Positions 1 through 12,155 of a stretch of DNA of 64,000 nt are shown here, in pieces. Every line of letters starts with the position of its first letter. Within the stretch, counting starts at the first letter, position 1. The notes under the pieces are model-generated. The model was not told where the DNA came from, made no database searches, and saw only the letters and a list, made by a program, of their open reading frames with translations. Position numbers and translations under genes: made by a program. The stretch lies in NCBI GenBank assembly GCA_004022145.1, contig RCNU01000002.1. The stretch is one strand, 5' to 3'. This DNA comes from Paecilomyces variotii. Its lineage: Eukaryota.

Positions 1-1
1 G

Positions 2-937
2 GTCGTCGACGAGGGAATTGAACAAGCTCGACGTGCAAAGGACTCTATTCGCGAAAGTATTGACCGTGCAATCGAGCTGGCTCGTGAAAAGCGTTTGATA
101 CACTACTCGGATCTGCCGCATCCCTGGCGGGTCAACCCTCACATCCTTCAGGGCTACCGCTTTACTACGTCCAAGGTTGAATGCGTTACCTCCATGTTCA
201 CCTTTTCAAATGAACTGGTGAACATCTGGTCCCATTTGATTGGGCTCTTTATCGTCTTGTCGATTGCTTTCTACTTTTATCCGCTCAACCCCAACTTCAC
301 CCTCAGCACCAAAACGGATGTGGTCATCGCCGCCGTCTTCTTCTTCGCGGCTTGCAAGTGCCTGGTCTGCAGTACCATGTGGCACACGATGAACGGTATC
401 GCGTCGCAATCATTGATGGAGCGATTTGCCTGCGTCGACTACACTGGAATTTCCCTTCTGGTCGCTGCCTCCATTGTTACCACGGAATATACGGCTTTCT
501 ACTGTGAGCCTGTCTCCCGGTGGACCTATATACTCCTGACCTCTGCCCTCGGTATTGGTGGTGTCATCCTCCCGTGGAACCCAACTTTCAACCGCGCTGA
601 CATGAACTGGGCTCGTGTGGCTTTCTACGTCACCCTCGCCTGCACGGGCTTTGCTCCTTTGGCGCAGTTGAGCTACACGCGTGGTATTGATTGGTGCTTA
701 TATTTCTATGCGCCATTGATGAAGAGTTTGCTTGTCTACCTTGCAGGCGCAGTTGTTTATGCTTCCCAGATTCCCGAACGCTGGCGCCCGGGTCTCTTTG
801 ATTATTTTGGCGGCAGCCACAACATCTGGCACATTGCTGTGCTTGGAGGAATCCTGTTCCATTACCATGCTATGCAGCAACTCTTTGCTGGAGCTTTCGT
901 GAGGGCCCAGCAGGAGTGCCCTTATCTGAAGGCTTGA
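2..937 (+). CDS. IZH3: PAQR/hemolysin-III (IZH) family membrane protein, 5'-truncated by the window edge
   Basis: Frame is open from position 2 to TGA at 935-937. PAQR motifs: GYR, NELVNIWSH, STMWHTM, DYTGIS, PERWRPGLFDYFGGSHNIWH; about 7 hydrophobic segments. Paralog assignment is tentative. Confidence 0.9.
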   Translation, partial: VVDEGIEQARRAKDSIRESIDRAIELAREKRLIHYSDLPHPWRVNPHILQGYRFTTSKVECVTSMFTFSNELVNIWSHLIGLFIVLSIAFYFYPLNPNFTLSTKTDVVIAAVFFFAACKCLVCSTMWHTMNGIASQSLMERFACVDYTGISLLVAASIVTTEYTAFYCEPVSRWTYILLTSALGIGGVILPWNPTFNRADMNWARVAFYVTLACTGFAPLAQLSYTRGIDWCLYFYAPLMKSLLVYLAGAVVYASQIPERWRPGLFDYFGGSHNIWHIAVLGGILFHYHAMQQLFAGAFVRAQQECPYLKA

Positions 938-1809
938 GGCTATGAACTTCATGAGTGAAGTGTCAATTGCTCCACGGTCTAGCCTCTCGGGTGAATTGGT
1001 CCTGTTAAGTTCCCCACGCTTTTCACGCAGAGGAGATACCCAGCCGAGTGCTGCTAGAGTCACCTCTACCCGAACGAGACAACCCACGGCGGAATGGACC
1101 TTTTGGGTTCAATGGCGTCCGCTGAGAAGTCGGGTTTTTTGAGTTTTATGTCTGATGCCGCGCACTGATAGACTTGCATTGTCCGCTTTTTCACTGATGA
1201 TCTAAATATTTGTCTGATGTCCCGAGACTAGAGCGCACCTTTGAGAACCTTGCCGTCGTTACAGGCAGCCACGCACCGCTGAACATATAGATATCTAACT
1301 TCAATCATCTGTACATATTGGCATCCTTAACCTGGTGGTTCTAGGTGACTTTTTCAGTACGCTGCAGCTATCCTTCTGTAGTATTGAACAGTGTAGTAGA
1401 ATCTTAACTATACCGGTTTCAGATCGATGCAGACTTGTGTCATGATATGTATTCTAGATCCCTCGAGGCTCTATCTATTATTCTAGTCTAGAATTTATGC
1501 GGTGGTATATATACAATCGTATGTTTTGACTATCAACATCGTCTTGCTGCTGGCGTCTCAGGCGCGCGTGTCTGCTCTTTGCTGGCGACGGCTCTAGTGA
1601 CCTTTTAGGTATGGGGGGTCTGGAGTCGAGCGCTTGCGTTGGTGTGTTTCTAGGATAGGGTTATGTCCTAGCATTGTCATGGAAGCATGTAGCTGTAGCT
1701 GTAGCGCTTTGCGCTGTAGTAGGTTGGTGTCCGTCTGGATGGCAAAGACTGGAAGGCAGCTGCTCGAGACTTCTCCTAGATAATTGATCTTGTCTTCCAT
1801 GCGCATGAA

Positions 1810-2946
1810 TCATGATTCTTCCTTTGAAGCCGAAGATTCCTGGGTGGAATCTGTGGTGAGCAGGTCACGCTTCTTGAAGTATCCCTGCATCCAGCAGCGG
1901 TACATCTTTAGCCTTCGCTTTCGGTTGACTAGCAACCTCCGGTCGACGCCCAGATTGAGAATCTGGAACACTCCATCATGATACGTCTTCCTGACTACTG
2001 TGCCCTCAGGATTTGTCTCTTCTTGGTTGTCGATTTGTATGCCCTTTTCTGGCGTCCATCTCCCCCACATATCTGCAAGTTCCTGCTTGTCGAAGAAATA
2101 CACCCTCGTGCCATCACCACGGACATAGAAATTCTCCGCCATATACCGTCCCTTCTTGAAGCGTACCTGCGCCAGATCACCACGGCCGTAGTCACGGAAG
2201 AGGACTTCTCCATCAGGCTTCAGCACTCGGTAAATGTTGTGCAGTGCTTGATTCCACTGGTCCGGAGCCAAGGCAGAGAAAATGAAGATGAGAACAACAA
2301 GATCCACAGACCCCTCGGTCAGACCTGGTGGTAGCGAACCCTCTCCCTGTGCCGTAACGTCCCAGACGTCCGCGGTCATGTTCTTCGGGTTGTAATGCTC
2401 ACTTTCCCGCATCACCTTGACAGCCGTACTGGAGAAATCACAAGCATGCACCATCAACTCCTCGTTCTCGTTATTCACCAACAAAGGAAAAGCGGTGTTG
2501 CCTGCTCCTGCGCCAACTTCCAGCACGACTTTTCGTCCGGCATCTTTGCGCGTCACGTCCGCGAGTACGGGAAACTCCTGGCGCAGCCATTTGCGGTTCT
2601 TGAAGAAGTTGGCCTTGTTGTTCTTGTAGAACAGGTTCCACCACTTGGCGGGATCGCCGTTGAATCGCTGCTGGTCGAATTCCGACACGGGTGCCTCTCT
2701 CTGTTTGGCGATCTGGAGTTCTGCGTACTGACGGTAGTCCTCGTCGGTCTCGACGTGGTCCCAGGCATTGAATTCCCATACGTCATCGCCCTCTTCTAGA
2801 TAACGTGAACCGAACTGGAAAGGGTCGGTGCGTTTCAGGTTGTTATTCGAGTCGTGGGAGCGGTGCGGGGGAACCTGGGGCGGTTGGACAAGTTGTGCGA
2901 TTGTGGCAATGTCCAGATCGGCCTGATCCACCAGCGAGGGAGCCAT
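1810..2946 (-). CDS. TRM140: tRNA m3C32 methyltransferase (Trm140/METTL2-like), single exon
   Basis: ATG at 2946. Motifs FNAWDHV, FFKNRKWL, SAM motif VLEVGAGAGNT, CDFS, FRDYGRGDLAQVRF, YVRGDGTRVYFF, VNRKRRLKMYRCWMQ. Confidence 0.92.
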   Translation of the reverse strand: MAPSLVDQADLDIATIAQLVQPPQVPPHRSHDSNNNLKRTDPFQFGSRYLEEGDDVWEFNAWDHVETDEDYRQYAELQIAKQREAPVSEFDQQRFNGDPAKWWNLFYKNNKANFFKNRKWLRQEFPVLADVTRKDAGRKVVLEVGAGAGNTAFPLLVNNENEELMVHACDFSSTAVKVMRESEHYNPKNMTADVWDVTAQGEGSLPPGLTEGSVDLVVLIFIFSALAPDQWNQALHNIYRVLKPDGEVLFRDYGRGDLAQVRFKKGRYMAENFYVRGDGTRVYFFDKQELADMWGRWTPEKGIQIDNQEETNPEGTVVRKTYHDGVFQILNLGVDRRLLVNRKRRLKMYRCWMQGYFKKRDLLTTDSTQESSASKEES

Positions 2947-3701
2947 CGTGAAGGAAGGATGGCTCGAGGATGGCTCGACTCTTGACAAGAACGAGGGATA
3001 GGTGTTCGTGGCGGGGTAGCGAAAGGAATAACTAAATAAAACTATCAGGATGTGATAAAAAAGATCGCGGGACGGTAATTTGGCTTTCGGTAAGTTACGA
3101 GGAGTCCCTCCGATAAGGCGCTAGTAATACCCTATCGGGTAAATTACAGGTATGGTATGGAACGCGGAGCCTTATCGCCGTTAAGGTCCGGGGAGAGGCC
3201 GATCGACCAATCAGCAGACGGGATTCGTGAATGCGGATGCCTGAGGATTGCGGGAGTCTCACGGCTGATCGATCGCCCTTTGGCCCTTCGACCTTCCATC
3301 CTTCATTCATCTCTCTCCATGTCCCATCTCTCCATCTCTCCTTCACTTCGTCGCTAGTCCTCATCTCCTGTCTCCATTACGGTCGTTACTTATATCCGTT
3401 GCGCCGCAATTTTGTTGTCTGTCTCCTCTGGTTGCCGTTATCTGTCGGCTGGATAAGGAGAGGGCCGGTCGATTGATCGGACATGGTCCCTGGGAACCTC
3501 TCAGCTGGGTCGCTCTCAATCTAGGCGCTACTTTCGCTGTTACTCCCGCCTTGGGTATATCCGTACCCAGCTGAAATTGGTGAGGCTCACGATAAACTGC
3601 ACCTGATAATCACGTCTGTATGCACGAAATATACGCATTTCGCTGCAAGCGGCTGGTCTATCGAACTATTGGCGCGTGACAGTCTTAATTGAGTGTCCTC
3701 C

Positions 3702-4373
3702 ATGTCGTTCTTGAACTACCTATGCGGCTGCTTTGCCTGCCATGGTCCCGGCTGTTTATCGAAGCCTTCCGTGCAGGCCCGGCCAGAATATAATACTGCA
3801 TCCATTCCACGGCACGATGACTCCAATGGTTCCCACGACGGTGCTGCTAACGAGGTGGTCATGGATGACGGATATAGCGCTGTCGCTCCGCTGCCCCGCT
3901 ATACACCACGCCCTGTGAGCATCCAGGAGAAGACCCTACAACTACACATGCGCGATCCTCCTATCTCCTCGGATTCTCGGCCAATGGATGAGAAGAATCC
4001 TCGGGACTTCGAGGAACCGCGGTCTCCCACAGGATCTGATGCAGGATCCGATGCGTCGTCTACTATCTCCATGCCTAGTAGCTATGGCAATACTTCCACT
4101 GCCACGCGGGAGACCCCTCCTCCGCCTTACTCTGCCCATCCTTCACCTGCGCCTTCGCGACCTATCTCGATCTCTATGCAGGAGACGGGTGCAATGCAAT
4201 TCACTCTCTACCCCGGTGTCGCTGATGAGCCTCCATTGTCACCACCGCCGATGATTCACATTCCACAGCCCCAGCCCGTTTTTCGCCGGCCGGAATTTCT
4301 TCATCGTGGCGTGCTCCCTGAGAACGACGACGTAAGCAGCCATGCACGAAGGCACTCGTGGGAGAGCCGATGA
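3702..4373 (+). CDS. Uncharacterised Pro/Ser-rich protein with N-terminal Cys cluster and PY motifs
   Basis: ATG at 3702, 223 aa. LCGCFAC near the N-terminus; LPRY and PPPY motifs; low-complexity composition. Confidence 0.7.
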   Translation: MSFLNYLCGCFACHGPGCLSKPSVQARPEYNTASIPRHDDSNGSHDGAANEVVMDDGYSAVAPLPRYTPRPVSIQEKTLQLHMRDPPISSDSRPMDEKNPRDFEEPRSPTGSDAGSDASSTISMPSSYGNTSTATRETPPPPYSAHPSPAPSRPISISMQETGAMQFTLYPGVADEPPLSPPPMIHIPQPQPVFRRPEFLHRGVLPENDDVSSHARRHSWESR

Positions 4374-5479
4374 AAGAACCAATCACTTTTCCTCCTACTT
4401 GATCAATTGGCTCCTGCCATGTTCCTACCATCAACTTTCGACATGCATCTGAATATCCGTGGGGATACGATTTACGAATTAGGTCGATTATAGTCGGAGT
4501 CCTCGGCCCCGTCTCAGTCCTTGAAAAAGCTCTTCTCGCATTTCGTTACAGACACCCTTATTCCCGCATACCGACGAGGGTTTCTTCGATACTATCCCAG
4601 CATGAACAGCGACCAAATATGCTGCACATCGATGGCCATATCCCTGGATCAAATGCTGAAGTCTATTCCTTCTAAGAAGCGGAAAATGCATGCTGCCTTT
4701 CTTTGCTTCTGGCTGATCCCCACGCCCCAGTGCGGTGTCTTCACCCGCTACGCAGACCTTTTCTGTCCATGTGAAATGGGCCTCGCCTGCCATTGCGGTC
4801 ACTCCCTTGAAATGTTTCCTTTTTGGAGCGTCATTTCTCATTCATCCATCTCTTCTATGGGATCTACATGTCTTCTAACATGGGGCTGTTGTGTGCAGCA
4901 GGAGGCAGAGACAGCGTGATCCTCATTGGCGGCCCAGTTACCATGCTGAGCTAGACCAGGTCACGAAGGTCCAACGCTCCTGCGCCCCTCCGAGCCTTTT
5001 CTGTGAGGCCTATAATAGACATACACTGCAAGTATAGCCATACAATGTGCGTTTATGTCATTAGATCAAGCGCTTGTTTTGTGCACTTTGGTGATAGGAG
5101 CATAGAATGCTCTAGTTCGAAGCACCTGATTATATCGTGTTGAATGTACAATTGATTAAAGTACCAGATTACAGCTCCAGTCTTACAGTCTGTTGAATCT
5201 TACATAGTATTGAACTACGTTTGTACTGGGCACAGACCTCCCTTGGCAGTCTGACTCGGTATTAATTCCAGAAGGCAATTACCCTCCAGCCAGACAATTA
5301 ATAATTTACACCAAGGAAACATTAATTCACTTTGGAATTCTTTCATTTATTTCAACTTTTGGTTATGTACGCATGTATAGAGATAATTACATTTTTCACA
5401 TCCTGAGCCAAAGAGTGATCGAGTGATATAACACAACACACAGGCACCAGTAAAGAATAAGTAGAGCTCTACCTTAATC

Positions 5480-7486
5480 TTAGTGCTTCTTAATCAGCGT
5501 AAGCTCATCACCAAATCCACTTCCATCACCCTTGACGAACTGCCACGTCGCCTTATTAGCATTATGGAAAGTGAACTTGCTAAATCCATAATCCTCCTGG
5601 TTCAGCACGGCAGTAATATTGAGAGTTTTCTGGCCAGGATCCAAAGTGGAATGACTCTCGATATTACCAGCCATACCATTAATAATATGCGTCAGCGACC
5701 TGCCTGTTCCGGTGTAGTAGGTGCTTTTATTGACGATGCTAGCGGTATCGATGGTTCCATTAGTGCCTAGAGGCAGAAGACGCTCGTACCAATGGATATG
5801 GCCAGCGAGGTAAGCGTCGACTTTATACTTGAGCAGAAGCTCTTCCCAGGCATTACGGACATCGCTTTGGTACGTGGCTGTTTGGGTAGAGTATATGGGT
5901 CGATGGCTCATGACGATGACCCAGGGAGTTTTCTGGCGGTCGATGGAGGCGAGGTCTTTGACGAGCCATTGATATTGCTGGTATGCTTTGTTGTTCTTGT
6001 ATTCGTTATTGTCGATTTTGCCGAATGGACCGGAATCCGTTACGAAGGTTTCGTTTTCCGAGGGGAGAGTATCCTTCCCGTCGACGTCGCGGATGAAAGG
6101 CCATTCAGGGGAATAGGCAAAGTCGGTTTCGGCATCGAGAGCAATAAAATGTGCGAGACCGTAGTCGAAGGAGTACCAGAAGTTGCTGACACCGCCGGTT
6201 TCAGAACCAGGCATGCGGAAGCGGTTGATGTATGCAGTGAAGTTTCTGTGGGGTTTTTTTTTCTTATGCGTTAGTTTTGACTGTTGAGTAAAGTGAGGGG
6301 GAAGGTCTTATGATTATATATATTATATTATTACCTCTGAGAAGGAGGACAGCTGTAGTAAGTGAGAGCCGACTTTGGTGCGGTCGAATTGGCCTTGTCC
6401 TCGTTCATATAGGCCGTTAGTACATTGTTAGGGCCGTCGAATTCTGCGCAGCTGGCTTCATGGTTGCCGGGTAAGACCATGTAGGGAATCTTAGTGGTGA
6501 GGTTGTTCATCCACTGCTGCCATAGATCCCAATTGGACTCATACAACACGCTCATGTCACCACCTCTCGGGCTACCCTGGTTGGGCACTTCGCCTGCCGG
6601 TAGAGGAGTCTTGTAGTCATCCGGGATAGGACCTTCACCAGGCAATGAGGTCGAACTGCCGTTATAGCAGACGGGCCAGTCGGACGCGCAAGGCATGATA
6701 CCGGAGGACCAGTCATCGGCATAACTATAATATATAGGGGTCAGCAGGTGGCGTAAGTTCTAAATAACTGGGATATCTCGCAGCACATGACATTTCGCGA
6801 AATTTCGCGAGTTGTTAATACCTTAAATCACCGCCGTGCCAGGCGAAAGCGAGCTCATCGGACGCCTTGTTGAGCTGCGCGAATGTACCCTGGGCATTGG
6901 TGTATCCCATATCATTGAGCACGGCGATCGAGAAGGCCTTTCCCTCACCGGCCGCACGAGCAGTCTTGAAGCTCAAGGTCTGGGAAGCCGTGGTGCCGTT
7001 GGCAGCGGGGATCTGATAGTAATAGGTCGTGTCCGGCTTGAGGCCCGACAGCTGGACGTCATGGAAGAACTGGCTGCATTGAGTGACCACGACCTCTGAG
7101 CAAGGAGGAGTACGATCGTAAGTCCTGCTGGAGCCCGTGTTGGTGTACAGCAGCCGGTTGGGATGAGTCCCCCAGTGCACCGCGGGGGCTTCCCCGAGTC
7201 CAAAAGGCGTCTGGTAGTGAATATTGACGCCATTGGGCACATACGACAGCGAAATGACATTGACGTTGTTCGATGGCTTCGCCGTCGCGGGCTTGACGGC
7301 CGGCGGCTCTACCAGGCGGACGAAACCCTTTCCATTGCCATTGATGGTGGGATCAACCCAGTCACCCACGGGCACAGCCGGTCCCGTATAGGGATACCGG
7401 GTGTCGACATCGCGATAGTGGTGACGGCCTGGCGCAGCGTTGGCGCAGAGGGCCAGAAGCAACCCTGCGGTAGCCTTGACGAACAT
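5480..7486 (-). CDS. aphA: Secreted purple acid phosphatase-type metallophosphoesterase (AphA-like); exons 7486-6822, 6724-6335, 6245-5480
   Basis: Signal peptide MFVKATAGLLLALCANA. Motifs NDMG, GDLSYADD (rebuilt across intron 1), GNHE, MSHRP, GHIHWYER. Both introns are GT-AG and restore frame. Confidence 0.92.
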
Positions 7487-7618
7487 GATATGAGGGCTTG
7501 AGCGAGAAGGCACGAGAGATGGGAGAGTCGACGACAAGCTGGGCGCCGTTCCCTATTTGAATGAATGTATTAATTATCATTATCTTGCATCATGATCCGT
7601 CTCCTCCTTTAGACAGGC

Positions 7619-7643
7619 AGCTAGCTAGCTAGCTAGCTAGCTA
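7619..7643. repeat. (AGCT)6 self-complementary microsatellite in the acid phosphatase promoter
   Basis: agctagctagctagctagctagct read directly. Confidence 0.9.
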
Positions 7644-7764
7644 TGCCAATCACTGTACATCGCGATGCAACATGAGCAGTCGAATGATAAGGACTCGGAT
7701 CCAGACCGACGATGGTAGCATTCGTTGCGATCCTAGTGGGCATCCAATTGGGCGGTCGTTTATC

Positions 7765-7773
7765 GCACGTGGG
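7765..7773. promoter_or_regulatory. Candidate Pho4/Nuc-1/PalcA site GCACGTGGG
   Basis: Matches the extended Pho4-type E-box, about 280 bp upstream of the acid phosphatase ATG. Confidence 0.65.
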
Positions 7774-7852
7774 GGAATCGAAGCATTTGCTAGTTGATAT
7801 CTCCGCGCTAAGCAATTAGCTATTGTGAAATCGAGATCCGGTTTGCAAGCTT

Positions 7853-7858
7853 GCCAAG
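7853..7858 (+). promoter_or_regulatory. Candidate PacC site GCCAAG
   Basis: GCCARG consensus upstream of an acid phosphatase, a typical pH-regulated gene class. A single 6-mer, so weak. Confidence 0.4.
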
Positions 7859-8471
7859 GTCGGGTTACATAGTGATTATTATTATTAGTGATTAAACCCC
7901 GATCGCAAATAGCCCTACATGAAGCCAGATTCTACTTCCTCTCGTGCCGAATATCCGTTGCTTTGGGAGTAAATCGTGCCTCATCCCGGCAAAGATAGCA
8001 AGACGCATGCCGGGAAACTCGACCATCGAATCGATCGATCATCCTATCATGTTAGCCCTGTGCCTGGGTATGGAGGAAGCTTGGCAAATGGACTAGATTA
8101 CATAGTAAACTCTGGAGGACTCCAGGAGGAGAAACAAGAGGCGAATGATCACAGCTCAATTGCCAATTCTTCCTCCGCGACTCTTGATTTAGTTAAGTTA
8201 GTTCGATTCCTTCCGCAGCAATAATAATCATCGGCTTGCTCGGAAGAGCATCATAGCAGTGAATGCCACGAGGAAGTCAGCAACTCTCGCTACAATCCCT
8301 TCTGGATGTTTCTCCAGAGACTTTTAAATTTCCGTCGTGTAACAAAGACATTCGGTGGAACTTGCTGGAATTCAGTCTTCGGAGTTTAGTTATTGATACT
8401 AAGGGCAAAGCTGGACGGCCCGACCTATCTATATGTAGAACTGGATGGATGGAACCAAAATTTCATTCCCG

Positions 8472-8480
8472 TATTGTACA
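8472..8480 (-). promoter_or_regulatory. Candidate Puf element UGUACAAUA in the COX10 3' UTR
   Basis: TGTACAATA on the minus strand, about 125 nt after the COX10 stop. Confidence 0.4.
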
Positions 8481-8604
8481 GTACATTTTGATCGAATAAC
8501 AGACCCTCGATCAGGGGTAAAAAAAAATAAAAGTAAATGACTGGAGACGTCGTTCTATGGGATATATGATGAACCCGGAAAGACCTCGAATCTGGATATT
8601 CCTC

Positions 8605-10206
8605 TCACCCTGTAAGAGATCTGACAGTGGAAAGCCGCATTTTATTGCCATGACTGGCATCTGCAGGAACAATCATGTCTTCTTCATCGTCGTATAGGTC
8701 GTCATCCTCATCCTCATCCTCCTCCTCCTCGCCAAACACTCGCCGCCACACGCCATCCCAGAGCCCCTTCTTCGTCACGAGCGCACCGACCATAAGGATT
8801 GGCAGCTGCCAGACGCTGGCCCAGAACAGTCCACGTGCGGTGCCCTTGGCACCTTCATGCTTCATAAAGCGATAGGCTTCCCGGACCAGCCATCCGTTGG
8901 CCAGACTGCTACTGACCAAAAAGCCCTTGTCGACCACGCCAACCCACCACAGGCCGACCGAGATCGGGAACATGAGGATGGAATACCGGAGTGCGACACG
9001 TCCATTCCGTGCCGGATTCACCCAGGCCATCATCTTGTACCCCGCTGCCTTGTACTCTTCGCGGATGGTATGGGACAACGCGTTGAAGTGAGGGAACTGC
9101 CACGCGAACAGCAGGGCAGCGAGAAGCCATCCACCCGCACTGTTCTCGCCAAACAGCATGTCCCGCCAAGTATCATGGCCGGTTGTGGCAGTCTGACCCG
9201 CAGCAGCAACCCAGCCCATCAGCGGCGGAATTCCACCAACGATCGCACCCACCCAGGTATTAATGACGTGTATACGTTTGAGGGGAGTATAAATGAATCC
9301 ATAGAGGACAATATTGGCCGCTGACAATGCAGCCACGGTCGGATTCGTGCCAACATAGAGAAGTGTCAGACCTGTAGCCGCAGTCCCGATCGCGAAGAGA
9401 AACGCCGCACGCTTGGAAAGCAATCCACGAACCAGGGGCCGGTTGCGAGTCCGTGACATGCGTGCATCATACTGAGGCTCGAAGTACATATTCCAGGTGT
9501 TGGCGCTGGAACAGGACAGAAACGTCCCCGTTGTGAGATAGAGGAAGGTGAGGGTGGATGTCGAAAAGGTGGGGAGCTGGGTCATGGAGGGATCGAGGGC
9601 GAGGAGGGTGGATATGGGGTAAAGGCCGTACGCAGAAGTCGTCGTCAGAAGAATGAGAAAGGAAAGGCGAGGTTTGGTGAGAGCGAAATACGCAGCCAGC
9701 TTCCGGCGGATTGAAGTTGTAGGGAGGGACGAGGAGATAGCGGACAGCTGCGCGGAAGCGTCCAGAGGGAGGGCATTTTCTGCGTCATTATTCCCGGCTT
9801 CTTCCTTTAATCGCTTCCTCCGTCTGTGTGGGAATTCCTGAGGAAGATCGGACGTAGTTGATCCTTTTACTGATCCTCCGGTCACTGTCTCGGTCGTCGA
9901 TGAAGCCGATGTATTGATAGACGCTGCCTTTGCGCCAGCGGAGCCATTGGAAGTGGAGAGCGAGGCAAACAAATTCTTTTCCCCTAAAGCAACATTGGAC
10001 GCATTATTCGAGGAAAAATACTCCTTCTTAAACACCCGCGGGGCCGTCTGTCCATCAGCCGTGCCGGACTGAAGGGCCGCCGAGAGAACGAAGCCGCGCG
10101 TGGAAAACCCCGGCTGCGGTCGTGCCAGCCGCGACAGACATCTCGAGCACACCAGGCGCGAGTCCAGCACCGATACGGGCCTCAGCAAAGAAGGCCGCAG
10201 GATCAT
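8605..10206 (-). CDS. COX10: Protoheme IX farnesyltransferase (heme O synthase), mitochondrial
   Basis: ATG at 10206 with an Arg/Ser-rich presequence. UbiA/CtaB motifs [51 protein letters not shown]. Confidence 0.95.
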   Translation of the reverse strand: MILRPSLLRPVSVLDSRLVCSRCLSRLARPQPGFSTRGFVLSAALQSGTADGQTAPRVFKKEYFSSNNASNVALGEKNLFASLSTSNGSAGAKAASINTSASSTTETVTGGSVKGSTTSDLPQEFPHRRRKRLKEEAGNNDAENALPLDASAQLSAISSSLPTTSIRRKLAAYFALTKPRLSFLILLTTTSAYGLYPISTLLALDPSMTQLPTFSTSTLTFLYLTTGTFLSCSSANTWNMYFEPQYDARMSRTRNRPLVRGLLSKRAAFLFAIGTAATGLTLLYVGTNPTVAALSAANIVLYGFIYTPLKRIHVINTWVGAIVGGIPPLMGWVAAAGQTATTGHDTWRDMLFGENSAGGWLLAALLFAWQFPHFNALSHTIREEYKAAGYKMMAWVNPARNGRVALRYSILMFPISVGLWWVGVVDKGFLVSSSLANGWLVREAYRFMKHEGAKGTARGLFWASVWQLPILMVGALVTKKGLWDGVWRRVFGEEEEDEDEDDDLYDDEEDMIVPADASHGNKMRLSTVRSLTG

Positions 10207-10482
10207 GGCAGATCGAGGCCACCTGCAACCTGGGTCGACATGGGAGACTCTGGTGTAAAGAGAGAAAGTGAGCAAAAGCCTGGGATTGATTGATTGAACG
10301 GGATGACGGGCAGATTCTCCGCCGCGCCGCAGCAACCAGAGATGCAGCCGCTAAACCCGCCGGGGAAGAGTCCGTCCCCCGCGCTGATCTTCGATTCTGT
10401 ATAGGTATATTTATGATTATTTACTAGTTAACTATCTGGTCACTTTTTGGATTACAACGCTCTACGCCACCAATCCTCCACC

Positions 10483-11459
10483 ATGGACAAACTACAGACT
10501 GTCGTGATCGATCCCCTCAAGCCGTATCTCTCTCCCATCACCGCCAGTCTCCCCGCGCCCGTCCACGATGCCATCATCTCCCTGATCGGATCGCCATGCC
10601 ACAGCGCGCTCGTCCTCGACCTCGACGTGACGGCCGACCCAGAATGCACGTCCCTCGCCATCTCCAAGGCCCTCGGGGTGGCAATCGTCTCTGCCAGTGC
10701 CATCGTCAAGGTCCCCCAGATCCTCAAGTTGATTGAGTCGGGCTCTTCCGCCGGTGTCTCATTCGTCTCCTACGCTCTCGAAACGGCCAGTCTGCTCATC
10801 ACGCTGTCCTACAGCGTGCGCCAGAACTTCCCCTTCAGCACCTTTGGCGAAACGGCTTTGATCATGATCCAGGATGTCGTGGTGGGTGTGCTGGTTCTGA
10901 TCTTTGGTGGAAAGTCCCCCGCCGCGGCTGCTTTCATCGCAGTCGTTGCGGCCAGTGTGTATGCGTTGCTCTTCAACCAGACGCTAGTCGATGCGCAGAC
11001 CATGGCGTATCTCCAGGCCGGTGCTGGAGCTCTGGGTGTTGCCAGTAAGGTGCCGCAGATCTACACCATTTGGCGTGAGGGTGGTACCGGACAGTTGAGC
11101 GCATTTGCGGTAAGTACCCGAGAAAGAGACAGGTTCCTGTAGATGGTTTTGAAATATGAAGTGACTGATCTTGATATGTTTGTATCTAGGTCTTCAACTA
11201 CCTCCTCGGTTCGCTCTCGCGCATCTTCACCACTCTCCAGGAAGTCGACGACAAGCTTATCCTCTACGGCTTCGTTGCCGGTTTCACTCTGAACCTGATC
11301 CTTGCAGGGCAGATGCTGTACTACTGGAAGAGCCCTGCTAAGCCCAAGGGAGCGGCGAAGAAGTCCGAGAAGACCGCAGAGAAGGTCCCTGTGGCGCAGA
11401 GCAGTGGTGTCTCCCCGAAGACGTCTGGCAAGACCCCTACCACTCGTCGGAGGGGCTAG
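10483..11459 (+). CDS. MPDU1: Mannose-P-dolichol utilization defect 1 protein (PQ-loop); exons 10483-11109, 11190-11459
   Basis: Two PQ loops (IVKVPQILK, SKVPQIY). TGQLSAFA|VFNYLLGSLSRIFTTLQEVDD joins across a GTAAGT...TAG intron. Confidence 0.92.
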
Positions 11460-12155
11460 ATGTTCGTTTGGGGAGTTTCATTATTTTATCATTTATTTAA
11501 TCTCAACTATTTTGCTTAGCAAGGGACTGTAAAGGCCCATAATGCTAATCCCTCGAGTTGTCCACTTCTCACTTTATGCCGCATCGTGTGGTCCTTCCCG
11601 TAGCTGCTCCTCTAGAGACATGACCAGACGGGTTTCTGGCGGGACGGTAAGACAGAGTAATCATCGCGTGGCCTGTCTCCCTGTATATGGTGTATATCAG
11701 GACAAATATCCGTCTAGCATTGCTCGTAATCATCTGCATCATGTAGAAAATGCTGCTTCCCCGACGAGCGAACAAGAGAATGCCTCGGTTTCCTATCCCT
11801 TGTGCTGGAACAATTCTCGCAAACAAGTCTTCAGATGCGAGCGAAGGAAGTTTGTTCAATAACACAAAAAGGCCTCAGAACCGCTACCGCACCAGTGTAA
11901 CCAGTGAGAAGGGAGTCCGGGACCGGTGGACTGAGCCGCTTTTGCCATAGATGCAAAATATGAAGTGCATTTTCGTCCCTCTATATGAAGGACCTCCCCG
12001 CTGGTCTCCTTCATATAAAGACCGTCGTGGGTAAGGGCATCACTTCCTCAAGTTCAATCAGGGACTTGAATGGCAGTAAGCGAATGAACCTCGGGAGTTC
12101 AATGCGACAGAAAGCCACACAAAGTGCACATGCCCCCTTGTAGGAAATTCTTCCT

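Noticed and set aside
1810-2988. Yeast ABP140-style +1 frameshift and actin-binding extension
   Set aside because: The ORF is continuous, with no separate upstream ORF to join.
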